A stretch of DNA of 64,000 bases. Origin: Lama glama. Its lineage: Eukaryota. Below are positions 26,491-39,860 of this stretch, one piece after another; positions within the stretch are counted from its first letter, which is position 1, and each line of letters opens with the position of its first letter. The stretch is taken from the NCBI GenBank assembly GCA_028534125.1, contig CM052817.1:81904001-81968000 (forward strand), in the 5' to 3' direction. The notes under the pieces are model-generated. The model did no database searches and had not been told where the DNA came from. It worked only from the letters and a program-made list of their open reading frames with translations. The position numbers were made by a program, and so were the translations under genes.

Positions 26491-28325
26491 ACTCACTGTT
26501 TCCTACATATTAGCTCATCTGCCATAATATGTTCTATGTAAGCCATGTTTATAAGAGTTGCTTCTCTTTGGATTAAATATTATTTTTATATTAAATAGAA
26601 CGTTGGTTTTTGCAAGGAAAAAGGAAACAACTTGTGGTTCTCTGTGATTAAAACAGCTTGTAAAATAAGACTATGAATTTGAAATCAAAGGATTGCTGTT
26701 CTCATCAAATCAGGAAATGATTTGGGTTTTATAAAGGGTTTATAAAGTATAGAGTGCAAACCGAATGTTAAATATTATACTAATAACATGCACATACAAT
26801 GAGTCAGTATTTGCACTTAATTTAGGGATGGAATATTAACCTGTGCACAGATTAAATATATTCTCTTTACTTATCTGTTTTCAGTCTAATATACTAAAGG
26901 GATATAAAGATAATCTGGCAATAGATTTGGCCCAAAAGTTTAGTTATGAACTGCCTATGTGTCAGCAGAATTAATAGATCTGAGGGGAAAAGTTCAGTTA
27001 TTAGCATTTCTAATTAAGGGCATTTATCATCCGACTGAAAGAGGGAATAAACCTCATTCTTATGCAGGGATTGGAAATTACTTTTTAATAGAGGGAAACA
27101 CGATGCTTTTATAAAAGTTAATCCTAAAAAGCTAAAAGGGCTAATCACCATGCTTTATTTTCTTGGTGAGGCTATAATGACATTTGGAATTCATACTATC
27201 ACATTGTTCAGTTGAGAGGGTCACTGCGTTGCAAATGTTTCTGCAGTCAAAAGAGAGGTCAGAAGTGTGGAATATGGCATTTTGCATCTAAAGAGAGTTG
27301 TTTTTGAAATGTCCCAGGAAGACTGCATTTTGTCAGTATCATTTGTGGGAAAGGAAAATGTTGAAGAAGAGCTTGCCTTGTCTGTTACGATGAACATACT
27401 TAATGATGAAAATTGCTTGAAAACTTTCCGTAAGGCACCAGTGAGTCCATCAATTAAATTCTGCCAGGGTTATGTTCAATTACCAGAAATCACTTGCATT
27501 TGACTTAATTATACATTTCAGTTGAAGGCAGTTTCGTTTATTTCCATTGGGGTGTTTGTCTTAGATGAGAATTTTGTTTCCAAGGTTGATAGTTGGTGAT
27601 TGTTTCATTTCCTCTTATTTCTAGCAAGACTTTGTACCATACCTGTTAGTGACGTAAGTACTATTATAAATCATTTACTTAAATAATTTCCTTTAAATCA
27701 GCTTCTTCTTAGGAAAAAATTTCCTACGTAGAATTTCATTTGTATATTCACAGGATAAAAATACAAAAAAAAAAAAGATGGTTTCACTTCCAAAGTTCCA
27801 TTAAACAAGTGCTAGAATTGGCGTTATTACATAAGAGCCACAATTAACTGCATAGAATTAAAATTTGATAAAATAATTTCAGTCAACTTTTCATTTACTG
27901 AATTTAACCTGTAAATCTGAGTAGACAAAGGAAACCCATCTTTGAAATGGAAACAAACTATTTGAAATATTAAAGAAAATGTTTATACTACCTAAAGGAC
28001 AAATATTATATACAGTAGAAATTAACATAGGCTTATTACAAGGGCTTTTTTTTCTTTTCAAAAGTCTTCTAATTTTATCTTGTTAAAACTTAATCATTGG
28101 TGCAACTTATTTTGATAATTATTCTGTAAATATATAACTTGGTATTTTCACTAAGTAGGTAGGAGGCAGGTTACATTTAGAATTTGGTGACTGCTTCTGG
28201 TATTTCAGAGTTTCAACATGTGTTGAGAGGACTTTTTTTGAAATGTTGTCCAAAAAGTAATTTCTCATGACATGCTTTGTGTGGGGGATAATATATTTAA
28301 TTTACACTATATTTTATTTTGTAAA

Positions 28326-28419
28326 TTTTTAAAAATTGTGGTAAAATACATATAACATAAGGTTTACCATTTTAGCCATTCTTAAATGTACAGTTCAGTG
28401 GCATTAAGTACATTCACAT
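28326..28419 (-). mobile_element. Old L1 (L1MB-like) 3' terminal fragment
   Basis: aattgtggtaaaatacatataacataaggtttaccattttagccatt...gtacagttcagtggcattaagtacattcaca. Confidence 0.8.
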
Positions 28420-30148
28420 CACACTTCAGTCTCTTTTTCCTAACATTACTAAGTAATTTCTTTAGTTTTGCTTGTCAGTTCTATTCAGTAGGAAGTTATA
28501 TTAAGAAAATATAATATTTTTGATAAAGATTCCTGCAGAAATGATTAAAAAATAACATGTTACTTAAGTGTGTATATACCTAGTTTATATAAACATATTT
28601 GTAGAACTAATTAGCAGTAACATAAAATGAAAATTTTAAGGCAAAATCTGTTGGTCATATTTGAACTATTACATGCTTATTTGCTTCATATATTTTCTGG
28701 ATTCAAATTTAAATCTAACCACATACTTAATATTGAATTGGTGAGTTCAATACATTTTTAGAGGATGGCTTACTTAGTGTGAGAAATATGTGTTTACTTC
28801 ATGGGTAAAAAGAAGCTAATACTTTATTACAACAAACACACAGCCAGTCAGGGGACCCATTCACCAAATGTTTGATGTCAGGAATGAAATCGGCTTTGTT
28901 GCAAAGCAACAGATTTCAGTTAAGCAAAAATTCTATTGGGCTGAATAGTTTTTCATGTTTCAGTAAAGTATGTTTAATTTATAGGGGCTAACATTAAAAA
29001 CGTAAAATGCCTGCAGTTTGAACTTTAGATACTTAGACTCATTCATTACACATTTTAAAGTATTTTTTGATAGACCAGTTGCCTGAAAGTTTTTTCTTTT
29101 TAAAATCTTAAAGTTTCCTTGAACTTCATTTTTATATATTTTGACCTTTTTTGAGCCACCATTGTTAAAAGGCAGTGCCAGTTTAATCATTTCCCAAACT
29201 GAAGAGTACAAAATAGGACTTAGACAAAGCTTGAAACTACCCACAGTATAATGGGCTATCAGAAGATTAAGCTGTGAATAGTGTGTATGTGTATATATCT
29301 GTGTATGTGTGTGTGAGCTACGTTTTTGCATACTTTTAAAAATGCTTTTAAGAATCATATGTATTTTTTACTATTTGCTCTAAAAATTTCAGAAGACTCT
29401 ATCAATTTATCATGTTTATTTTACATTTATATATGTGCATACATCTATCACACATCCACAGATGTACAACATATACAGTACATATAATTTTACAAAATGA
29501 AATTTGAGGTTCCTTTTATCATCTGACTTTTAATTATATTTCCAATGTCCACTGTATCCTCCTCACCTTTACAAGTATACATTTCTGAGATCTTGACCTT
29601 TTATATATTTGTTTCTTCAACCCTTTTCATTGGCTCATTGTCCTCTATGAGGAGTCTGGGTCATTTCATCCTACCTTTCTTTGCTGTTTGCATCTGGTTC
29701 TCATAAACCAATTCCAGAGGAATTGAGTAATCTTGCCCTATTATACCACTACCTATGTAATTCATCATTATCAGGTCTATCCAAGCTAAACACTGGCCCT
29801 TAGGATTCTGATTCTTCTCATGGGATTCAGGATTAATTGGGACCCTCTGTTTATAAGTAGTAGACTATCTCTAAAACTTTGACCTTTGTCTGTAGTCCTG
29901 TTCTCTGCCCCTAGCCCTAGGCTAAGGCCTGTATTCCCAGATGCATATTTCTAGAAGTGTCCCGCTCTTTGAAATTGCAGCCATGTAGTCACTAGACCAG
30001 ATTTCCATGTATAGAATCAAAGGAGAAGTCAACACACATTGAGAACAAGGCCTGTTGGCATGCATGATGGGTTTATATAAAGATGGGTTAAGGCATTATC
30101 CCTTCTCTCAGCTAATAACTTAACAGCAGACGTACACTGAAATAATAT

Positions 30149-30186
30149 TGATGATGGTGACGATGATGATGATGATAATAATAATA
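30149..30186. repeat. Imperfect (GAT)n(AAT)n microsatellite
   Basis: tgatgatggtgacgatgatgatgatgataataataata. Confidence 0.85.
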
Positions 30187-31987
30187 GAGTCTGCCATAAG
30201 AGTGGCATAGTTTTATCTGAGCCTAATGAACTGAGAAAATATATTTTTTAAGGGTTCAAAATTAGCTTTCTTTTGTCTGCTATGGCTGATTGTAAAAAAC
30301 TTGCTTGAACTCTTTGAGTCTAAAGCTTTTTATTAAATAAAAATTAAACAGTTATATGTACTCCATGAATCTATATTTTAAATGAGTAATACATGTATAA
30401 GAGTCTCACACGTTTATATCTGGTATCAAATAAGTGTTCAATATCATATATGTGTTTATATGTATATGTGCATGTGTTTTTCAATTTATATATAAATATG
30501 CAGGCTAAATTTACACAGAATAATTAAGACTTCAGTTTTTGACATACTAATTTTGAGGCTCTCTAGAGCAACAGCAGACAACAGAGTCAGTTGGATGTAT
30601 CAGTTTAGAGCCAGCAGAAAGTTCTGGGCTGAAGATAAGGTAATAGTAAGCATGTAGCACTTTACTTGATATATAACCAAAAAGCTATTGGAAAGCAGGA
30701 ACGTAAGCCCCCAAGACCACTTCTTCTCACAGTTAAGAGGAAAGGTTCAAAAACAAGCGCACAAAAACAGAAGAGCAGCAACAACAAAACGTGGCTTCCT
30801 CACTTGAGAGGAAGTGCTAAGATCTGTGTGGGCCAAGGACTAGAGAACTCATGTCTTTCATCGTAGAAATGAGACTCACTTAAAATCAGGGGGCATTCCT
30901 GTTTTTCTCCCTTGATTTCATGTTTCTGCCTAAAGCTGAGAGGCAGGGACTTCTGGTGCTCAGGCTGTAGCGGACAAGTCTGAGGCCGGAGCGGGCTGTG
31001 TGGTGGGAAGCCCTACCCCCAAGGATAAAAGTGAAAAATACTGGGGGCAGAATTCAGGGTGAGTTAAATCTCAGCAAAAGACTTATAACTGTAGAACAAT
31101 GTATTTATAAGGTTTCCTTGTAAAACTGGAAGAGATCAATGAGACCATCATGCACATCCCTTGGGGCAACAAGCAAGTGGGGCCGCTGGAGAGACTGTGC
31201 TTCATTCCGTCAGTTCTTGAAGAAAATAGGAGGCGAAGAAGCCCAAGTGCTTTTAAAGTGGGTTGTGGCTGCTAACAAGGAAAGAAGAGGGGACCCTGGG
31301 GATGGTTCTTGGCTTGAGAAGTTGTCCCATTTGGATGTGGGATTACCTACGGGGCCACTTCTCAAACCAGAACCATCTGCTGTTGCTGGTGTGCTTTTAA
31401 AATCTTGTGAAAAACTTAGATATTCTGTGGTGTGGAGACCATGAGATTGAACTTGCTGAATATTTTCCTGAGTAAACAATGTTTTTTGCTTACTAATTCA
31501 GAAAACACATCAGCAACGGTATTTATGTAGTTTATAGACACGGAAAGAAATCACATGTTCCTGACCAAATGAGTTAGTCACCGTTACATGAGGTTTTCCA
31601 TGTGTGTCATCGGAATACCAAACACCAAACACCACAGGATGCCAAAGATAAAACCTGTCAGTTACTGAGTTATTTCTTAACAAGTTTAAACATTGTTGAT
31701 TAGAAAGCATATTAGAAATATTCAGGTCTTCTTTAAAACTCTTGGTGTAAATTTTTAAATTTTGCATTTTTAAATGTTCAGCTCAACATAGCTTCCACAC
31801 AGCTGTGCAAGTTTTGAAAGCTAAGTGTCTCATATTGTAACTTAAGAAATCATTAAAAGGGAAGAATGATTCAAAATATTTTCCTGAAAAAAATATCATA
31901 TGGTTGACTTGAAAGTTTTGTGGGGGAACAGAAATCCTGAGAACTATGACACAGAAATCTGTAAGATTAAAAATGGGCCTTTCCTTT

Positions 31988-32110
31988 TCAATATCTTGTA
32001 GTAACCTATAATGAAAAAGAAGATGAAAACAAATACATGTATGACTGAAGCACTGTGCTATAGACCAGAAATTGACACAGTGTTGTAAACTGACTATACT
32101 TCAATAAAAA
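31988..32110 (+). mobile_element. L1 3' terminal fragment
   Basis: tcaatatcttgtagtaacctataatg...ccagaaattgacacagtgttgtaaactgactatacttcaataaaaa; same family as 34881-35116. Confidence 0.85.
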
Positions 32111-32939
32111 GAATGCACATTAAGAAAAAAAATTCTGTGGCCAGCAGTGTATGAGTACCGAATTAGATGCCATCCAGAAAATAAAGCTCTACCTAGGATA
32201 TCTCTGCACAAAGCAAACAAACAGACAAACGAATGCCAATTCCTCCCCCCTTTTTGCTTTTAAAACACATACAACAGCAAAGAGTAACACAGAATACATT
32301 TTAACTCTGCACCAAGCAGTATTCTAAGCACATTACTACATTTCTCTCAATACCTCTTTTAGGGTAAGTTCTTCTCTTATTCCCATTTTGAATATGAGAT
32401 TTGGTGAGTGGAATATAATGTCAGTAAAAGAGACAAAATAGCCCTTCATGTCCTCCCATCCTTTGCCTCTGAGACCTGGATTTAGTTATCCTCTCTCTCA
32501 GTTCATTGAGTGTACACCCTCCTTCCTATGCACAGATATCCAGTTAATTTTTTTAATACAATCAATGGAATAGTAATACCATTCAGATCATTAACTTCCA
32601 TTTCATCAAATTGTATATAATTAAACATATATTCAAGAAATGTAGCCCGAACATTGGCCATCAGTAATACCCCAGAAAATACTGATTTTAGCCTTAACAT
32701 GTCTGTTACAAGAAATTCAAAATCTGTGGCCAGATTGGTATCCCCAGATGCTCCACAAACTTAAACTGGAAAGTATCTAGCATCGCTCCCAGATGGGCCT
32801 TTTTCTCCAGCTCCTGCCTCATGTTGGTCCCTGGGATCAGCTTGTCCAGAGTCCCACTGCGTCTTACTGAGCATCACCTGTCCAGCTGCTCACACCTTCT
32901 GGCTCCAGGCCAGCACTGAACAGCCCCACATCCCAGTCA

Positions 32940-33145
32940 CAGCGATCACACCCCAGATCCATTCCTCATTAGGTCTGTGGTCCTAAAAACGTCACTTAAC
33001 CTTTCTACCCTTCAGCTTAATTACACATAAAGTCGAGATAACAGCTGTACTAACTTATGAGGAATAGATGATACAATTTACGTGAACTTCTTAAACCAGT
33101 CCTTGAGTACCTAAAGACTCAATAAATATTCACTATTATCATTAT
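32940..33145 (+). mobile_element. MIR (degenerate)
   Basis: gtcacttaacctttctacccttcagc...; tail aagactcaataaatattcactattat. Confidence 0.6.
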
Positions 33146-34880
33146 TAATATGTTGAGTGAGATTTTTAAAGTATTATTCTGATGTGCTTCTACGGTGTCC
33201 TTAAGACTTTCACATCTATTTTGGGTGTGAAATATTTGGGACATCATCCTACCATCGTGTAAATGACTACAGAAAAGGCAGTTATGGTATTTTAATATTT
33301 ATAGTTGATCATACAGAAAAGCAAAGAGTGAGGACTAATTTTCCTTTCTTTAATGTAAAATCAAACACCTAAAAACTAAGATGTCTACAAGTATGAATTT
33401 AAAAATATGTTAGTGTAAGTAGAATGCCTAAAATGAATTATCTTACAGAGAAAGATGCATATGGCAACAGATATCAGCTCGCAACCTAAATTCAATTGCA
33501 CAGGTTTCTGGGCGGTATCATGCCTTGTTACAGTGGCCGGTGCAACTGGTCATGCACGTTTTTCATCAAACACAGGATTTGAGTTTCCTTGTGCAGAGCA
33601 CAAAAATAACAGATCACCAAAACCATTGCATTTCATAGTTTTCTGGTCTATTGATTTTGGTTCCTATATCTTTGAGCATAAAAGCTGATTGGTACTATGC
33701 CTTCAGTAATGACAACCTAAGAATGCAGGAAAAAGTTTGAATGGTAGTAAGGAAATATTAGCAAATCGCAAGATGATCACAAAAAATAATATTGAAAGGT
33801 TGTGAATCTCATATCCACTCTGTGATAGTAAAAAGGTACTCCATAAACATTTTGCAGAAAAACGAATGAGTGAATGAATGAATGGCTTTATTTACAAAAT
33901 GTTGACTACTAGAAGTAAGTGGAGTTTAAACTTCATATAATGGGAAATAATTTTATGGGACAAAAAGTAGTATCTTAAACAGAAAGTGAGAGTATCCAGA
34001 ACTTTATTTTATTGTAGGTAAATAGAGTTAAACAAATCTTCACTATTTCTATTTAGAGAAATTAAAGTTTGAAAAATAATTTTGAAAACACAACTAAAGG
34101 CAGATGATTTGCCATTTACTTGTAGGACAACCCGCAGAATCTAACCAAACGTGCCGTCTAACCTCCACCACAAAGTCTGCTAACCTTGTGCGGTGCAGAC
34201 AGTGTACTCCAAGGTTTAGTTAAATGCTGGATTTTCACTATATGTTGATAACGGATCTGGAACAGGACATAAAGATGAATTATCTCACATGTATAAGAAA
34301 TATTAAATAAATGCAACAAAAATGATCCCCAGTCAGCTCATCACTATAACGTTTGCAGCAAGTAGAAGATTACAGTTTTGACATTCACTTGAAGCTTTCC
34401 CTTTTTTTTTTTCCTACAAATTTTGGTTAGTACAGAAAAGAGGATTTAAAGCCCTCAAAAACCCTGTTGAATTTTTTTGATAACAGCATTGATAGTCGCA
34501 TTCAGGAGGGCAGTTTCTCCCTCTGCCGGGTCAGCGGGCCAGCGATTCCGGGCCCGGGGGTATTCTCCACATTTGGTGCGAGCTATTTTACTGTAATTTC
34601 AGAGAAACGAGCAGTGCCTCTTTTGCAGCATTTAAATGATATTGTTGTGTTCTATGTTGCCGGATCGGCACCCTTAAAATAGAACAAGAGGCTGGTGTAC
34701 TCCTTTTGTGCAGGATCACTAGGAAAGAGTTGAAATACTAGTTCCTAAATGAAACTTTTTTTTTGAGCAAAGCTAAAAATCATTCAATCACTTGTCTATG
34801 TGTTCACAAATTTTACTTTGGGATGTTTTCTAAATTCTCTTCAGTAGTTCTGCCTACAGCTAATTGTTAAATTTGCTATT

Positions 34881-35116
34881 AGGGATACATTTGGGAGTTG
34901 GAGATTTGCAAAGGTTAACCACTATATATAAAAATAGATAAAAAACAGATTTCTCCTGTATAACACAAGGAACTGTATTCAATATCTTATAACAACCTTT
35001 AATGGAAAAGAATATGAAAACTAATATATGTGTATGTATATATATATTTGCATGCCTGGGACATTATGCTGAACATCAGAAATTGACACATTGTCACTGA
35101 CTATACTTCAATTTTA
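34881..35116 (+). mobile_element. 5'-truncated L1 (3' UTR only) with TSD
   Basis: L1 3' end ending gacacattgtcactgactatacttcaat; near-perfect 12-bp TSD aaatttgctatt (34869-34880) and aaaattgctatt (35117-35128). Confidence 0.85.
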
Positions 35117-35176
35117 AAAATTGCTATTGTTTTTGTTATTTATGAACATGAAGACTTGATTTTCTTTTCCTTCTAG

Positions 35177-35357
35177 GATCCCCTGCCCTGACTGGAACTG
35201 GAATAATCAATGTCATAGTAGATGATGTCAATGACAATGTCCCCACTTTTGCCAGTAAAATGTACTTCACAACAATCCCTGAAGATTCACCAACTGGGAC
35301 AGATGTTTTGTTGGTAAATGCCTCAGATGCTGATGCTTCAACAAATGCAGTTATCAG
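35177..35357 (+). CDS. FAT4: FAT4 internal coding exon (181 bp, phase 1/2): GSPALTGTGIINVIVDDVNDNVPTF...ASTNAVI; absent from the ORF track on the + strand
   Basis: Translated by hand; acceptor ttttccttctag; donor CAG|gtcagt; completes DSG-SPAL from the previous exon; DVNDNVP and ASDAD motifs. Confidence 0.95.
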
Positions 35358-35469
35358 GTCAGTACATTTTCCTTTTGAAATTTTGATTATTTTTCTCATT
35401 AAATGTTAGTCTTTGTACTACAGGCACAGAATGCTTAATTTCATTAGAGGTTCCCTAATATGAACACAT

Positions 35470-36020
35470 AGCCCCTCAGTTATTGCTGAATAATCAACTA
35501 TGCCTAAAATGAGGCTTGCAATAACAATGATTTTATTTATTGTTCTAAAATTTTCTTATTGATTAATTTTATTTATATTTTTATTGTATCTCATTATTTC
35601 ATAGATCAGAAATGAGCTCAAGGGTCAGTGGGAGATTCTTCTGTTTTATGCGGTTGACTAGTGTCATTTAGTGGTGTTTACGTGGACGGATGGTCTGGAG
35701 GGTCCAAGATGTCCTGTCTCACACACCTGTGCCTTGGTGGGAATGGCTGTAAGGTTAAGTTCAGTTGGACCCCTGTCCCTGATCTTGTGGTCCCAGGACT
35801 TCTCAGTGTGGTTCTTCAGCAGGGTAGTGGGACTTCTACATAGTATTTCTGGGTTCTGAGGAGCCCAGGTAAAAACTGCTAATGCTCTTATAGACCTGGA
35901 GTGGTATAGCATCACTTCCAAATACTTTGTCGAAGCAACCATGGTCAGCTCAGATTCACTGGGAGGAGAAATAGACATCATATCTCGATGGGAGGAGTGT
36001 CAAAGAGTTTTTAACCCACA
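35470..36020. mobile_element. MLT1-type (ERVL-MaLR) solo LTR
   Basis: ctggagggtccaagatg...ctcacac, atagcatcacttcca...cagctcagattcactgggaggagaaatagac...tcgatgggaggagtgtcaaaga...ccaca. Confidence 0.75.
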
Positions 36021-36864
36021 ATAACCCCAGGAAGTACACTTGTACTTTCTACGTTTAAAATAGTTCATTTTACTCTACTTAAATCCTTTCAAAGTTGGGG
36101 AGGACAGTGTGGCATCTTATTCAGAGACAGTATGAAAGCAATTGGGTTATAACATTTGGTTGATCTAGCTGTATCCCCTTATTCTATACCAATTCCAAAT
36201 TTTAGGGAATGAAGATCTCCTAATTTTCCAAAAAAAGTCTCAAAAAATAAACATTTTTGCCCCCTTACATCAGCCCTACCTTCTATACACTGATATTAGG
36301 TAAATTAGAGTGGGTTAGATGGCTATAAAAGTAATGGGTCAGAAGAGAGAATGTGAGAGCTCAGAGGAATTCTTGGTCAGGGGTAGCCTATGCATATTGA
36401 TATAGTGATGATTTGGTTAGTGATTTATTTCACTTATTACTAATTTCCTATTTAAAAAGTCATTCTGGGAAACTGGCCATTAATTAGTCTCTTCCTGATG
36501 GCAGAGATCACTGAGCTGGGTAGGAGGACTCCAGGTATTTTTCAGCATTCACTGAGTTGCTAGTAGGAATAATAGTGATGAACAAGACGGGGTTCCCATT
36601 TCCTTTGAGCCTACCTTCTTTTTGATGTAGATGAATGACTATAAACTAAATATAATCATTTGGAATTGTCAAAATTTCTGTCCATGGTCAGAGCTATATA
36701 CCTGTTTGTGTCCCTGTGCTTGGTACCACCCAGGAATAGAGGCAAGTTCAACTTAACTTCTTCCTGATACGAGCCTCAAAGGGCCAAGAAATACCACCCC
36801 AGTTTACTTGTCCTAAACCAAAGCGCAGAAATTATGGGGTCCGTGTCCTAAGAACTAGTCGTCA

Positions 36865-37105
36865 GTTTAATGTTAAGAGCACAGCATTGGGAATCAGGCT
36901 GTGTAGAATTAAATCCTGATTCTACTATTACCAACTAATCACAGGGCAGGACTACTTATTTAACGTTTCTGAGCATCGTTTTTCTTACCAATGGAAAAGG
37001 TATACTACTGGTAAAACTGACGTTGTAGGGTTATTATGAGGAAAAATAAGACATTTAGGTGAGCTAGTTAGAATAAAGCCTAGAACAACAACAAAATGCT
37101 CAACT
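36865..37105 (+). mobile_element. MIR SINE
   Basis: gttaagagcacagcattgggaatcaggctg...aaatcctgattctactattacca...tagggttattatgagga. Confidence 0.75.
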
Positions 37106-39089
37106 CCCATCAACTCATGCTGTCCTGATCCATGCAAAGCCCTTTGCCCTCTTCCTGTTAGTAAGTTTCTAATAATCATTTTGGAAGAGATGTCCTGTCC
37201 CCTGGAGTGTTATAATATAATAAAATCTCTGTCTTCCATGCAGAGGAGTCTTCCTCCAAACACAGCGTGTAGAATATTGCCAGTCAGTAGCAGGACATAT
37301 GTACTCTCATCTGAGATGTCTTTATTCCTGCATGTGAAGCTGCAGGATCACAAGATTGATCCGTCCCTCCAGATGTTAGAATGAAATGCCATGCTGGTGT
37401 TTTCTCCTAGTGCATGTCGGAGCTTTACTGCTCAATGTTCCCCTATGTTCGTGAGCAAAAGTGATCAATGTAAAGTTAGTCTGTGTTCACATTTTCAGAA
37501 TGCTTCACAAGGGTTGTACTTGTAGATCTGTTGAGCTTGCATTGATTTGATAGCATGTATTTTAGTAGATTGGTTGACTGGTTGGATTGTCTTCTTCCTT
37601 TAATATCAGAGAATTAATTTCGTACTTTTACAGTTCTTGGAATCTCTGAAACCAGTCTGTGAAAAGTCTTCAAATGACTGCTGTCATGTAGTCAGCTAAA
37701 ACAAAAACTGATGTGATTTTTATCTTGTAAAAATATTATCTTCACTTTTAAATTAACCTAGGCAATTATTACAACTTAAATGAAAAATATTTTCACAGAA
37801 TAATAAGTAATTATGCCAACCTAAACTTTATTTAGTCTGGCCTGATATGTTTTTAGTAGAATATATATTTTAGATGTTAGTCACTCCTTCCTATTCATGG
37901 AATCTCATTTTCTCCTCTGGTTAACAGAGCTATTGTGTATCGATTTTTCTATTGCCCGCGTAAGTATTGCACGTATAAGATGCTTACCCAACTACTGATG
38001 GGCTCTTGTATAGCACAGCCCTTTATGTGACATGTTAATTTTCCCATATGGTCTAACATGATCTTTTGCACAGCAGCTACCCAACAAATATTGATTTATA
38101 TTTTTCTTTCTACCCAACTTATCAAGTGAATGGTTTTTATGGATGGTGTACAAATTTTGAGTTTTATACTTCCCATCACTTTTAGTGTTTTCCCTTCTGG
38201 TAAACCAGCCTGCATTGCTTCCTAGTCTTTATCTGGTTTATATCTTTGCTTTCCAAATGCCCATTTCAGAATTTAGCTTTTGTATTGCTTTTTTCTCCCA
38301 ACTGGTAGAATCTCCATGCAAATCTCACTTTTAATTCCTTTGTGTCATAACAGCGGGGAAAGTCAAATGACTGTATTGACAGGGTCAACTTTCAAAGGCA
38401 AATCCCTTACTCTGTGCTCTTAATCCCACCCCATTCCCTTTTGTTCGGATTTTTAATTCAACAAGTACTGCATTTCTCTCTGGATCCTCAAGTAACCTCT
38501 CTTCTCTGGATCATATCTTTGTCCCTACAGAAATGCTCTGAATATCTGGCATTGAGATCTGGTTCCTTTACTTGCTTACATGACTTAGAAAAACCGTGTT
38601 AGTGTCTCTAAGCCTCAGTATGTCCGTCAGAAAAAGTGGAGTTAAGAATGGCTACTTTGCAATTTGTGAATTAAATACATGTTGACCACCTACTATGTGC
38701 CAAGTAGTGTATATGGAACCAGTTAATACGCTTAAGTGTCTCTAACACTTTATTGGGACATGAAAGTCACTAAATTTATGTTAGTTTTTTTCTTTTTATC
38801 ATCCTAATGTCTATTTTATTCCTAATATATTTGTCCTTGAAACATGTCTGTAGCATAATAATGACTGGCACCTAAATAAATGTATGAAAGGAATGATTCT
38901 AGTGTTCTTTAGAATTGCCATTTTTGCTCACAGCATTTTACACCACATTCTTGAGAGCGTGGGTTACTACCTCAAAGTTTTTTCCGGGCATTTATTCCTG
39001 AAAATCTCTCAATCGAATTGTCTCTTCTATTGCTTTGCCAAAAAAGACTATCCAAAGGTTCTGCTGAAATTTATCAAGTCTGGTGATTT

Positions 39090-39860
39090 CTGAGTCTTTA
39101 TTCTCCTTTACCTTTTGCAATATTTGCACCACAGGTCATCCATTCCTCTTGGCATATTTTTTTCTCCTCAACACCTGTGTAAATGTTATTTCTTACTTCT
39201 TGCCCTGCGTCTCTGACAACACCTTCCAGTTTGCCTTCTATATCCCCTCTTTCTCTCTCATCAAAGTAATTTGGACAGTCCCCACACCATTTGTCTCAAT
39301 CCTTTCTTTCCTTTCTTTATTCCTCTGTGTGTGTGTGTGTGTGTGTCTCAGAGCGAGAGAGAAAGGGAGAGAGGGAGGAAGAATTTATTTCCCTGGCTGC
39401 AGCCCTGTAAAAAACTTACACAGAAAACTATGCAGAAAGCCTCTAAATCTGAACAGTCACCTCTGCCTCCATCCCAGAGATTCCGATTCATATTTATAAC
39501 TCTCTAGGAGATGCCTCTACCTACGGGTTCTGTTGGAATCAGAAGCACAACATGTCAGAAACCCCTAACCTTCTCTATTTCTCGTCTTGGCATTCTGCTT
39601 TCTTTTAATGATGCTGCCTTACTGTCTTCATCCTCCCATCTTGATGGCTGAGGGTCATCCTCTCCCTCTTACTCAGTCAGTGGACAAGTTCTCATGTTTC
39701 TTCTTTACTAGTGCCTCTGGCACTCATTTTCTTCTGTGCATTTTTCCTGCCAAGGTCCTCATTCAGTCCGTAATTACATCATGCCTGAACTATTATAATA
39801 AAAATTAACTTGCTTCCCCAATCCTGGTTTCTAATCCTTGCAATCTGTATACTGCACTAC
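39090..39860 (+). mobile_element. Degenerate L2 interrupted by a (TG)10 repeat at 39326-39345
   Basis: Pyrimidine-rich L2-like motifs (ctacctacggg...cacaacatgtcagaaac; catcatgcctgaactattataata); boundaries approximate. Confidence 0.55.

Noticed and set aside
31139..31479. Overlapping 101-aa and 89-aa ORFs in a locally GC-richer patch
   Set aside because: No recognisable domain or splice context; lengths are compatible with chance, possibly an old repeat.
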